A stretch of 61,154 bases of DNA, filler included, from Sluysia triapertura (GCA_046118255.1; 5 parts of 5 records of this genome joined end to end with filler, not necessarily neighbours in it); one strand, 5' to 3'. Positions 40,263 to 52,900 are shown, counted from the first letter of the whole stretch. Numbers and translations: made by a program. Notes: generated from the sequence alone by a model not told the origin.

Positions 40263-41110
40263 TGTGAGAAAGTTAAAGTGAAACAGATAGAATAAAAGCC
40301 TAGCTTAAAGTGAGTTCACCAACGAACTAGACTTACCTGTTAGGGCCAGCCGTTGGATTTTCTATCAAATTTTGTAAAATGGAGGTTCTAATAACTGTTT
40401 ATGCTGTGATTCCTTAGAAAAACTCTTAATGCTAAATTTCTTATTTATACAGAAGGTTTACTTCAATAGATTTTAATGAGGTTCTTAAATCGAACCTGGA
40501 ACACTAATATTTTAATGAAGTTCTTAAATTGAGCCTTTACTAATTACTAAATGATTTTAAGCAAATTCTAAATAGAATCTTTAAAAACTTTTAGAATTTT
40601 AATAAGTGATTTTAATAAGGTTCGTAATAAAACCTATAAAGCTAATAATAAAAATTCAGATTAAAATAAATTTATTACAAAAAAATTTTTATACAAATCG
40701 ATATACAAAAGATAATAATATAGTTTAAATACGATTATACAAAAATAATCTTCGATTAGAGTTTTTTAAATAATAAAATTTAATGTGCTACCTTGAAATG
40801 GTAGCGAAATTGGAATTAAATATTTAGTAGATATTAAATAAGACATTTTAAAAATTGCGGAAAACCTATCAATAAGAAACTAACGACAATCTTACTGCGA
40901 TTATAATTGAATCCTAGTTCTTCGAAAAGGAACTGATAGATATCTCGAAGCAGATGTAAAGTTTTACAAAAATTGTCTGAAAAATTTGTGCGTTTTAGTG
41001 TTCATTTTAGAGGTTTATATACTTCTCAAAAGAATGACCTCGAGGTAAAAAAATTGTTATTAAAACAAATTAGAAAATAAATTAAAGATTAAAAAATAAT
41101 AAATACTTTC
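40263..41110 (-). mobile_element. LTR-like segment (subfamily C)
   Basis: Ends in CA on the minus strand; AATAAA 40671-76; TATAAA 41014-19; same spacing and hairpin layout as LTRs A and B; short purine run AAGGGAAAG at ~41106-14 as a possible PPT. Confidence 0.55.
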
Positions 41111-41319
41111 CCTTACAAAAAGGAAAATAAAAATTAGTGTTGCGACAATATTAAATGACAATTAATAAAAGATTTTAAAAATTAAAGATTTAATATTACA
41201 TATAAAAATCTTACTTTTAGAAAAATTATAAATTAATCCAATTAAATTTTTCGAAATAAGTAAAGTTTATATTTATATTTACATATATATGAATAATTGA
41301 TTCTGCATTATTTATACCT

Positions 41320-43190
41320 TTATACATTTAGTTTAAGCATATCTATTACATCTTCTACTACTATAGTAATGGATAATTCCATAAATACATTTACCAATTC
41401 CGCCAGTAATACGTTAATTTTCATTAATATTTCAGGTTGTTCTATTCTGTCGGCTAAATCTATTTTTCTTAATAATTTTCTTGCTTTAAAGCTATGTGGG
41501 CTACCTTCCTGACTTAAATAAAGTAAACATGACTTGATACTTTGTCTGTTAAACATGTATAGATTCATCTTTAAAAATATATTTAAATTTTTATCCGTAT
41601 TTTTACCGTCTGCTAAATCTTCTTCTATGTTGATTACACAATCGATATCACTCAATGTTGATTTACTATCCTCATCCTCATCCGTTATACCGCTATGTCT
41701 CATCCATCTACTTACAATTGCTTCGGCATGCTTTCTTTCTTCTTCAATTTGTTGAGCACTTTTAATTATTTTTGATTTTTGTTCCCATCCTCACTTTCCT
41801 TTTCCATTACTAATTGCATAAAGTAATTATGTAAATAATTAATAAAAATATCCTCATCATCCTCATGCTTACTCCTTAATTTCATTATTGTCCATTTTTG
41901 CCATATGAAATTCGCTTAACATCTCTGCCTCTTCATCTGTCAGTGTTCTTAAATGTCTTTCGTATTCGTAATCTTCATGCTCCTCGTCATAATTACATTT
42001 TATTTGCCCTTCATTTCTACTCTTATCGAATCTTGCTCTTCTCGGTGAGGCCTGTCTAGAGTTCGACATTTTATTTAAATCCAGTTTAAAAGTATTTGAC
42101 TTTAATTTATTACAGTTTCGAGCATATTACAGTTTCTACCACAATTGTGACATACTATATCTCGTTTCATAATTGTTATTATAGTTTGATCGTGCGGGAC
42201 TTTTCTCTTTTTCGGAAAAATTGTTATTATTCGATTGTTTGCTAGGCCATCTTGACAGTGGACGTTGTTCATACTCTCTTGAGCCCATATTATTTATTTG
42301 TCTTCTCTCAAATCCTCTATTACTCCTACCAACATTAATGTAATTTCTTCCTGTATTATTATTTCTAAAATTATTCGAATTTCTTCTATTATCACCTCGA
42401 AAATTATTGCTACTATTGCTATTAAAACCACTGTTATTAAAATTATTTTCTTCAAAAGATTATTAAAATTGTTGTCTTCAAAAGAATTCTTATACTTATT
42501 TCTTATATTATCCTTAAGAGAATTATCATACTCTTCTTATAATTATTTCTCATATTTTGTTATCATCTATATAACTTATATTTTTTCTAGTTTCTTTTTT
42601 AGTACGCTCAATACTTTTCAATTTCTTAATTGTCTTTGAATGGCATTTCTTCAATTAAATCTACATAAATTCGTAATTCGGGACATAGTCCATTTTTAAA
42701 CTTAATATTATTTCTTTTCGGTTATCTCCAATCCTGGCTCTGGACGCCAAACTTCTAAGCGCACAGGCAAATTCATAAACTATTTTGTTCGGTTTCTGCA
42801 CCCTTATATTAAGCATTCTCGCATAGTATTTTCTAATGCTATTTCTTCGGTAAAAACATCAACAAATGTATTCCAATCTTCCTTATGTTCATCTTTTATT
42901 TCCTTATATGTTTGTATTGCAACACCAATTAAATAATATTGTATTCTCTTAAACTTATCTATTTGTTACCACTCATTAGCTTTACTAGGCTATCAAATTC
43001 AAATAAAAAGTCACAAAATTCTTCCTCGGCGCCACTAAACTTGAGCATTTCTGGGGGTATTACCATTGGCTTAATATTCTGAGTTAGTTGACTCATACAA
43101 TCTTTAAATTCTTCATATGGTAAATCTTTCAAGTGAGTTTCTTAAAGTTATTTTATATTTCTTCTTAGGGTTATCAATTTTATCTATGCT
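41320..43190 (-). pseudogene. Decayed gag (capsid-like region, degenerate zinc knuckle) with a long C-terminal extension
   Basis: KFSGAEE..KANEW..YYLIGVA..Y; FKNGLCPELR; CHNCGR...RNC at ~42110-42152; continues through ORFs 41869-42069 and 41320-41703. Directly downstream of the PBS. Confidence 0.7.
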
Positions 43191-43397
43191 TAACCTAGTT
43201 AACAATAAGATTCAAAAATCAAAATCAAACAATTAACAATAAACTTAACTTCAAAAATCAAAAATCGTAACTTAAATGATAAACTTAAAACAAAATCAAT
43301 ATTAACTTAAACTTATCAAATAAAATTAATTAACAAAATCAATATCACCAAATAAACTTATCAGAAACTTAATGCTTAACTTAATATGCTTCGAGTA

Positions 43398-43415
43398 GTC
43401 CCAATTCGGGCGCCA
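43398..43415 (-). promoter_or_regulatory. Primer-binding site, tRNA-Lys-like
   Basis: TGGCGCCCGAATTGGGAC, 16/18 identical to the canonical tRNA-Lys(UUU) PBS TGGCGCCCGAACAGGGAC; 6 nt from the LTR terminal CA. Confidence 0.85.
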
Positions 43416-43421
43416 AATTTT

Positions 43422-44300
43422 TGCAAGTGTTGCTCTTAAAAACTTAACTTACAAAATATCTAAGGAGTCGGTTCGCCTAATACATACGATTTATACCACT
43501 GTTGGAGACGTATTATTAGGATTTAATATTTATACTTAATATTAATAATATACTTAATATTATTAAGTATATTAATAATATTAATATACTTAATAATATA
43601 CTTATAGATTTTAAAACCTATACTTAGTTTAAAACTTTCGTATATTTGCTGTTAGTCAACTTCTTAATTATTTATATTTTATAATTAAGATTTGATAATA
43701 TTTTAGTAGATTATGCAACCATTTTTGTGGTGTTGCTTTAAAATAATTTAATGAATTTAGAAATTGCGCAAAACTTTTTATGGTGTTTCTTTGAGAAATT
43801 TGAGGTTAAAAGGAAATTACTCAAACAAAAACCTAATTCACTAAGGTTTATTATACAAATACTTAAGTTAATAGATTACAATTGATGGCTATAATAGTGA
43901 TAGTGATTTTAAATATGCGATTCAACCTCGGTTTAATGTAAACTGCGCAACTCTTATTAAGATGTTGCATAAAAATGAAAAAATATTTTTAGTATATTTT
44001 AAGATTCCCTGCGAAGGTGAATCTAAAACTTATAAAAAACTAAATTACTTGTGCATGGACAAAAATGGTAAAGGTAATGCTTCTGAAAATTTTCCAAATT
44101 GTTCTTCTTTATTGTCAAAAAAATTGTTATCGAAAACTTATCTAAAAATGTGTCTTTTTTCTAACCTATAGAAATCTTAAGCATCCATCTTGAAAAATTA
44201 ATTAATTAAAACAAATCTTTTATTTCAAAAATTTTATTTTCTTCCTTTAATTTTTAAATTTAGCTTTATAAAAATTTATAAAAATTTAATTTTCTAAATT
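43422..44300 (-). mobile_element. 5' LTR (subfamily A); U3 start uncertain
   Basis: Abuts the PBS; AATAAA 43847-52; extensive similarity to the reverse complement of 47250-47936. Confidence 0.8.
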
Positions 44301-45880
44301 TATTTTATTTAATGTTTTGAATTTAATTTATTTTTCCTTTGAAATTAATAATTCTATAAATCTGATTAATGATTTATTTAATTATAATAAAAATAATATT
44401 TACAAAATACTAAAATAATAATAAAATGATAACACAATAAAAAATATAACACTTTATGAAATAAAAATATAGCTTTGACATTGTGAATGGACGAAGTCGA
44501 GCAATATTCAAATAATGCTATTAAATACACCTATTTAATTTTTAAAAATATTTTGATATAAAATTTTAATACTTTCTAAAATAATTTTATTTCTTTATTT
44601 ATGTTGTATTATTAAAATTATCATTTAATTTATTAATGAATTACCATATTTAATTTGATGTAAAATTCAAATTTAATTGTATTTCCACATTCATCATAAT
44701 CAGTATCATCAATATCATCAATATTGCTCGATTTTAAATATTAACATTAATTTGTCAATAATTTATTATAATTATTACTTTCTTATAATATTCATTCAGA
44801 TAAACACTTCAAAATTAAAGGTTAGTTGAAATGTTTTGTAAATATTTTAATTTTATTAATGTCTCTTGTGTGAAAAATAGTCCAATTCCAACCTTATAAC
44901 ATGGAGATAATGTGGAATGACTATAAGTAATACTCGGAGTCTGAATTAACACAAATAGCGCTGTCATTGGTTGTAACGAGTACTTTGAGTGATGTGATTT
45001 GTTAGAAGAAGTTGTTTAGGGAGGATCTCATTGGTAATTTTACTTGGTGTATAGAGCTATGGATTCATTTGTTGACAAAAAAGATTATTTTATAAGTGTG
45101 ACGTATCATTGTGCATTCTATCAAAAGTTGTTATTGGAAATAAGTTTTATATTTGATCAAATTTGTATTCAATATAAATTGATGCAGTATCGTCAATAAA
45201 TATTGTTATGTAAGATTTTTCATAGTACTTTTATAAATACATTTAGCTCTCTATGAGTCCCTTACTTTAGCTGGTTTATGTTATGTGATATTAATTATAA
45301 TTGGAAACGATTTAGTTGAGTATCGAACTCTTTAAATTTGAAATTAAAATTGATTTAAACTTTATTTGTATCGTTAAATCGGAATTTGTTACGAATATGA
45401 TGTTCCATAATTTTATTTAAATTCAACGATTTAATAAAATGAATAAGAGAATTACTAACAACGATAATAATTTCTTTATTTTTAATTATAACAAAAAGTT
45501 TTTATGTTGGTGAGGTTTGACTTTAAGATGTTAGTGTTAGGTTTTAAACTTTTGGTTATAATTTCATTTAAGTTTAACAAAACTATTTCTTTATAAATTA
45601 TTAATTCATTTAAATTTAATAAAACTATTCATTTTATTAGGTTAAAGAAACTTGTTATTAACTGACTGTTTAGAAATTAATAATTTATTATCATGAGATT
45701 CGTGCTTAAGGCACTTCAAATCATTTATACTAAATGGTTGAGGGCGGAACAAATAATAAAAAGCTGGTGCAATTTTATTATCATGAAATTTGAATATATC
45801 TACAAATGTTATTATGTAAAATAACATTTCGCTGACAATAAGAATCTTACAATGGAAAGGTTTTTTACGTACCACTTGAC

Positions 45881-46420
45881 TCAACAGAAATCTCCTTCGC
45901 ACCAGCAGACTTCGTGAAACCATTCACGATACGCGCCACAACAATTCAACCTCGATGCCACACGGTAGACTAGCGCTGCTGCGTACTTCTCTACATCATG
46001 CAAACCTTTACCATCATTCATTAATAAAAAGGCAAACAAATAATGAGTAAACTGTTTAAAAAAATGGAGTAAACAATAATCGTGGTGTTCTGACATTCTA
46101 CGGGTTAGATCGATCACTTGGTCACACGAGGAATTACAATCTTTAGTCAGAACTTCAGCTGGTACTGGATACACACGTACTAACCTAAAATCGCTTAATT
46201 TTAAAACTTCAACTTCTTTATCCACCGAGGTGTTTCGTGACTTCAATTCACAATAAACCGCTTTACGATAATCATAAAAATATAAAACAGATAAAATTTG
46301 ATTCATAAAAGACTTAATTATATGTAATGTAGTTTCAAGATTCATTTCGAACGTGTGATCTACTAAATCACAATGCATAAATTCGAACACTATGTATGAT
46401 CATTGATCATGCTTTATAAC
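45881..46420 (-). pseudogene. Degenerate CDK1/2-like kinase fragment fused to unrelated sequence
   Basis: IVFEFMHCDL..IIKSFMNQIL..AVYCELKSRN..LKLSDFRLVRVYPVP.EVLT (HRD to YCE, DFG to DFR). Kinase similarity stops at ~46140. Confidence 0.75.
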
Positions 46421-46838
46421 TGTAAAGTTTAGTTTAAAGTCTATTTATTAGCTTAAAGTTTAAAGTCTATTTAATAGCTCCATTAAAGTCATATAATAAA
46501 CATTTTAAAATTCTTAGTTTATTATTTTCAAGTAATTAGCATTTTCAATCATTTTCAAGGATTAAAATTCTTAATTTATTATTTTCAATTAATTATCATT
46601 TCCAAGAAATCAATTTATTATTATTTTCAAAAAAGGATTAGAATCTTCCAAGTTGGTATATGTTTGATTTTATTATTTTTATTATTATTATAAAAATCAT
46701 TATTTATAAAATTAAATCATTATTTATAAAATTATTTATAAAAATGTAAAAAGTGTAAAATAAAGTTATTTCTAAAATTATTAATATTTGTAAAAAATTG
46801 TTAATAAAAAATTATTTCATTTAAATTAGTTGTTTAAA

Positions 46839-46938
46839 NNNNNNNNNNNNNNNNNNNNNNNNNNNNNNNNNNNNNNNNNNNNTTAATTAATTAANNNNNN
46901 NNNNNNNNNNNNNNNNNNNNNNNNNNNNNNNNNNNNNN
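46839..46938. other. Artificial contig linker
   Basis: 44N-TTAATTAATTAA-44N. Confidence 0.95.
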
Positions 46939-47051
46939 TATAAAAATTATAGTAAATCCTAATAATACGTCTCCAATTTTGGTGTAAAGCATATATATTA
47001 GGCGAACCGACTCTTTAGATAATTTGCTTAAGTGTAAGAAGAACACCAGCA
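46939..47051 (+). mobile_element. 3' end of an LTR (subfamily A), directly followed by another LTR
   Basis: AATCCTAATAATACGTCTCCAA..TATATTAGGCGAACCGAC..AACACCAGCA. Confidence 0.8.
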
Positions 47052-47936
47052 CTATTATAATTAAATAAATCATAAAATTATTTATTAAATTCAAAATAAA
47101 GAAAATCTAAAAATAAAATAAAAAATTTATAAAATTAAAATATCATAAAATTATTTATTAAATTTAGAAAATTAAATATATTTTCATAAAATTATTAATT
47201 TCATAAAATTATTAAATTTAAATTAAATTTTCATAAAATAAAAAATTTTGTTTTAAGAAATTAATTCTTTAAAATGGATATCTAAGAAAAACTTGGATAT
47301 AAATATGTTAGGAAAAATTTGAAGACACAATTTTTTAGATAATTTTTCGAGAACTTTTTTTGACAATAAAGAAGAATAACTTGGAATTTTTTCAGAATAA
47401 TCATTTTTACCATTCTTTTCCATGCACAAGTAATTTAGTTTTCCGATAAGTTTTAGATTCACCTTCGTAGGGAATCTTAAAATATACTAAAAATGTGAGT
47501 TGCGTAACGTTACAATAAATTTATACTACGATCAACCGAGGTTGAATCATATATTTAAAATCATTATCACTATTATAATCATCAATTGTAATCTATCAAT
47601 TGTAATCTATTTGTATAATAAACCTTAGTGGATTGAGTTCTTTTGGTTGAGTAATTTTCTTTTAACCTCAAATTTTAAGAGCAACAGCATAAAATGGTTG
47701 CGTAATCTACTTAATTATTATCAAATTTTAAAGCAACGCCTTAATGCGTGTTGCGTAATTAAATTGACTAACAGTCTGTAAACGAAAGTTTTCAACTAAG
47801 TGTAAGTTTTAGAATCTCTATTAAGTATAAATATTAAATCCTAATAATACGTCTCCAATAGTGGTATAAGTCGTATATATTAGGCGAACTGACACCTTAG
47901 ATATTTTGCATAATTTTCTAAGAAACTCCCTACGCA
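47052..47936 (+). mobile_element. LTR (subfamily A), no PBS after it (solo or 3' LTR)
   Basis: TATAAA 47298-303, AATAAA 47617-22, terminal GCA 47934-36; reverse-complement match to 43422-44200. Confidence 0.8.
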
Positions 47937-48299
47937 ATTTTTGTTAAAGATTTTATTTGATTTTCAGCCATTTTGAGAACAATTTACGTAAATTTTGTAA
48001 AAGATTACACATTATTTTTAGCTTTTCTTAAAATAGTTTTGTGAGAAATAACCTATATAATTTATTCTCTTAGAATATTAAACACTTCTTCTTTAGATAT
48101 TACTATTAAGTTTTAAAAAAGGTATTTTTAGCAAAAAATTTTATTGTAATCGTAATTTCTCTTGATTAGGTTGACCAAAAATATTTAAGCAACATAATTA
48201 CTATTAATAATGATAAATTCTATTTTGATTTTTGTATAATAGTAGAATTATTGTTTTAGTTTTGATTTTTTTAATAACTTAATTTTTGATAACAATTAA

Positions 48300-48700
48300 T
48301 ATTAAGTAAGAAAATTACTGCAAAATTATACTTGAAATATTGACTACTTAAATTATCAAGATTCTTTTAAGCTAATCAAGTTAATAGAGTTTTCATAACT
48401 AATAATATTTGACGAGATCGAAAACTTGTGCCTCAATCTCATTCGTTGCGTGCCTTTAGGGATCAGGAAATTATTGGATAATTAAGATTTACGAAATTAC
48501 GAAATAGATCGATTACAATCATAGATTTATCTTATTGTAGTATCTCTGACAAATTAATGTCAAAATTTTGAGGAAAGTCAAAAATTTATAATTAATTATA
48601 TTAAAGATGTCAGACTTTGCGTAAACGAAGCAGAAATAAAAGTTTTGAACATTTTTTTGAAAAGTATGCTTCAACAAATATCACAATTTTCTGTGTTTAC
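48300..48700 (+). pseudogene. Possible decayed LRR (F-box/LRR-like) fragment
   Basis: SITIIDLSYCSISDKLM at ~48508-48560; surrounding frames broken. Confidence 0.3.
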
Positions 48701-49342
48701 CCACAATAACTATACCTAATCTAATAATTTTGCTACCACTGTACATTACATTAAAATTCTAATTAAAAAATTTTTTTTATTACTTTATTCAACTATTGTA
48801 TTATTTTTCATTTCGTTTTGTTTAATTTATTTTCTTTTAATATTTTAATTAAAATACAAAATTCACTTCATTTTGAGATTTTGACTAAGGTAGTCTAAGT
48901 TTAGAGGATCTTAGAAATGATAAGAATCTGTTTAGAACTAACGTTTACTACTATTGCAAATAATATTAATTTAAGAATATCTTTATTGAAACACACTATA
49001 GCAGTAGTATTGCCTTGTTAATAAATAATAGTAATAACAATAACAACCAATCAAAATCGAGGTTTCCTATAAATATCCAATTATATACAGAATATATTTA
49101 AACGTTTTCAAAATGAGTATCAAATGAAAATTTTGCATCATTATACAACAAAAAATCGTTACGAAAGCCCTTTTTTAAAAACAAAATATTCGATATAATT
49201 GAGTGATAAAAATATTAATTTAGTGTTTATTTTTAAATGATTTGTGTTAATTAATAAATTATAATATCGTAAACAAAGCTGTACAATAACGATTAGCAGT
49301 TGTATGTATTACAGACGAACTAACATGAACAATAAAAAAATA

Positions 49343-49798
49343 CTACCTTTGTTCAAAAATGATTGTCTGATTTGACATTTGCTGTTAACTTAACAATATA
49401 TAAGATGACAATAAATCTTAAAAACAAGTAATAGTTCAGTTTATAATAATTTTGTAAATATGACTAGGGCAATTTCTGAAATTTGTAGTTACCAAAGTAA
49501 CACACTGCTATTTTCTTTTCAGTTCAAATATAACTTTAAATCATGGAAATCAAACACGTTCTGGAGTAAAGTACAGAGAGAAATGCCATACTACAAACAC
49601 TTCTGGTGAGATCTAACAATAAGAACAATTAATATGCAATTTGGAAGCAACTGAAATTGCTCACAATGTATTACGAGATATGTAAAAATATAATTTGTAA
49701 AATATGTTCATAAATAAAAAAGTTGACTAAAGCGAAATTGATGTCAATATATATTGTATATAAATACTAAGGAGACAATCATTTTTGAACGGAAGTAG
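49343..49798. mobile_element. Tc1/mariner-type MITE, ~25-bp TIRs, TA TSD
   Basis: TA|CTACCTTTGTTCAAAAATGATTGTC ... GACAATCATTTTTGAACGGAAGTAG|TA. Confidence 0.8.
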
Positions 49799-49961
49799 TA
49801 TTAAATATTAAACCTGTCAAAGCTGATTATTTTATTTATTTGTTGAGCTACCTTAACCAGTTTGATTCAACAATAAATAATAATAATAATAATTATTATT
49901 ATTATTATAAATATAAAATATGCACACAAATTAATATCCTAAAAAATCAAAATATTTTTTC

Positions 49962-52900
49962 CTAAATTCGTACAAAATTATTTTCCAACAAATCTGTAGT
50001 ATTCGGACGTTTATCTGGATCCACTATTAAACAACTTTCCATAAAATGTTGTGCTTCTCTAGTCACCGGTGTCTTTTCTGCACTACCATCGCATAATTCG
50101 GGAATTTTCGGCTTTTGCTTTCTACCAAGCTAAAATAAAATTTTGATATTTACTTTTGCAAATATCACAACCCTACAAAATAATTTTAAGATGTCAAATG
50201 ACACGTTAAAATTATTTAAAACTATTTAAAATTATCAAAAAATTATTTAAAATTCTAAAAAGAAATTTTATTTTAGCTTCTAAAAATAGCATAGAATATT
50301 TTAGAACATTCCATCGACTTTCATTGGATGATAACTAGTATATAAACTAGCATCAATACAATGAAAATCGCCATTTGTAATAACACTAATTTTCAAACAA
50401 TATCAAATTGAAGCAGCCATTTGTAAAACTACGTTTCAAATTAACTATTTGGACTTCGCTATCTTTAACAACGTCGTTTGGAGCAACGATCTTTATATCG
50501 CAGTCAGATTTGGATTCAAATCTATCAGTTCCATGTTCAAAGTAATTTGTTTATTTTAAGATCGGTATTAGCTTTATTTAAAGAAGTTAATATCATCAAA
50601 TACACGCAAAATAAATAATATTCTATTTTGTAAAGTTTAAGGTTGCCCGATATATTGAAGGGTTAAATACAGTGCAGAATATAATTAAAATAGTTAATAC
50701 CCAAAACAGTTTTAACTATAAAATAACATTCTTAACCTCCATTTCTCTTATTTATATCCTTATTTTATAATTAATCCAAACTGTTTAATTTATTTTCTGT
50801 TTTAGTTAAACGTTTTGAAGTTTAATTTATTGCACAATAATTTGAGTTTTGTACTATAACAATTTTTGACCCTCTCATATTTAAGTTATCAGTTTAGGAT
50901 TATTACGTTTCATATTGCTACAGAAGTGCCCTCTGCTCAATTTTCTATTTTGCCGTAGGTTTAGATTTAAACATAAGTACAGTTACACTTTTATAATTGT
51001 CCCTGATGCATATTAATCGAGAAAAATGAACTCGCACAACTTTTGTTAGATTTCATAAAATGGACTGACCAGGAGAATCGAACCCGGGACCTCTCGATGC
51101 GCAGTTCGATGCTCTACCTGTCTAACAATTTTGTTTTATTATAGTCAATTATACTATCATTATTCTAAATGGCACTTTAGGCCTGTATCCCAATATATTC
51201 ATAATTCCCTATAGAAATATTGACTATTGGATTATCAAATAATACAAATGTCTTCGACTGGCAGACGAAAAGAAAAAATGATAAAGATAGAAATATCAAA
51301 AGTGAAACAATAAATGTTTCAAAATAACGTAAAGAATGATTTTAATTGTCGAAAGCTTGAATCGAAGAATGAAAGGCCGAAAACTTGTATTGTATTATTG
51401 GATTGTATAATCATTTAATTTATCAAATAGTGGAAGACGATCCAAATTAGATACTCTAGAAATGAGACAAAATTCATGTATTTTATACCTTGACATAACG
51501 AACGCAACATTTTTTGAAAAAATGGAATTCGAGCTTCAAGAATATGTAAAACGGGAACTGTTTTAAAGCATACACATGCACTGACATTGAGTATGGTGAT
51601 TTAATAAAGGATTGTAATCTGGCAAAAATTATCCCCTAAATGTCCCATGCTTGGCATTCGATACGATTAAAAACTGTTTTGAAAAAAATGAGGAATTTCC
51701 AGCGTATGATCAAAATGATTTTGACGAAGAATTTATTGAAATGATTAAAATTACTGATGGAGAGGATGAACTTCCTCAAGTCGAGTTGTCACCCGTCTGG
51801 AAGTTATATAAAAAATGAATATATGCTTAAAACAGTTTTGAAGGCGATATTGCTATCCAAGAATTGAAAAAATGTTTTGGCTTCGACAAAACCAAAAGAT
51901 ATCGACTTTTTGGTTAGGAAAAAGTAAATGCTATTCTTAGACTTCATAAAATGGACTGACCGGGGATCGAACCCGGGACCTCTCGCTGCGCAGTTCGATG
52001 CTCTACCACTAAGCTATCAGCCCCATCTAACAATTTTTAAATTACTATAATCAACCTTAGGCTTATATGCCAACACTATAGCATATTTTTGTTTTATAAG
52101 TAAATGTTTATTAGATTTTCCGTTATTTTTTTAACGAACATGGAATTAGAAAGATTAATAGTTAATAGCATCAAAAGTTAAAAAAGGTCAACATTTTGAA
52201 TTAGCAAAGAAATAATAATGATTTAAACAATGAAGAAAACTGAAAACTGAAAATGTGTCGATGTTTATATTAATTATTAAATCAGACACCATAACTAATA
52301 TATTAGTTTGAGGAAAAAGTTCGGGCGTCATGTTAAAATAATCCTTTTTATATTTCTTAGTGAATTTGTTAATTCAAGTCGTGTGTGCGTGTGTTTGATT
52401 AATATTGAGTTGTTGTTTATAACAATGTTCGATGAAATGGTGCTTTATTTGAATAATACAATGTATAACAAGTCGCATAACCCAGAAAAACCAGCAGCAA
52501 AATTGAAGAATCTGACGAATTTGAAGTTTTGTCGCATCTCTTTTGATATCATTGTACCACTTTACGAAAGTTTTGATGAAGGGCTTTTCGATTCAACGTC
52601 GGAGTAGCACTTTGACCACATCCGAAAGACAATGATGGTCTTTATTTTAAAGAATAAAGCATGAAGGTAGTATAATAGGTTAATCAGCTGTTAACAATGT
52701 AATAGAACTCAAGGTAGGTAGTCATAGTAATGCATTAATCTAAAAGATTATCTGTTTGAAAAACCTTTAGAAATCGTACTTTAAATTTTTGTCGAGTTTT
52801 AATGTTTTAATATTAACTTTTATTATTATGAAAGATAACATTAAAATTCATTTTAAATTTTAAAATTCGCCGTAAATTTTAGTTACAAAAATGCTATTTT

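Noticed and set aside
40331-40339. CAG|GTAAGT splice donor in LTR-C for env expression
   Set aside because: Not conserved in LTRs A or B, and no acceptor demonstrated.
43422-47936. Inverted LTR pair flanking the CDK fragment as a composite or DIRS-like element
   Set aside because: The pair spans the linker at 46839-46938; the orientation may be an artefact of concatenation.
51044-52075. Copies 5 and 6 as the two LTRs of a full TRIM
   Set aside because: Copy 6 has its own TSD, there is no PBS or PPT, and the interior is a pogo-like remnant.
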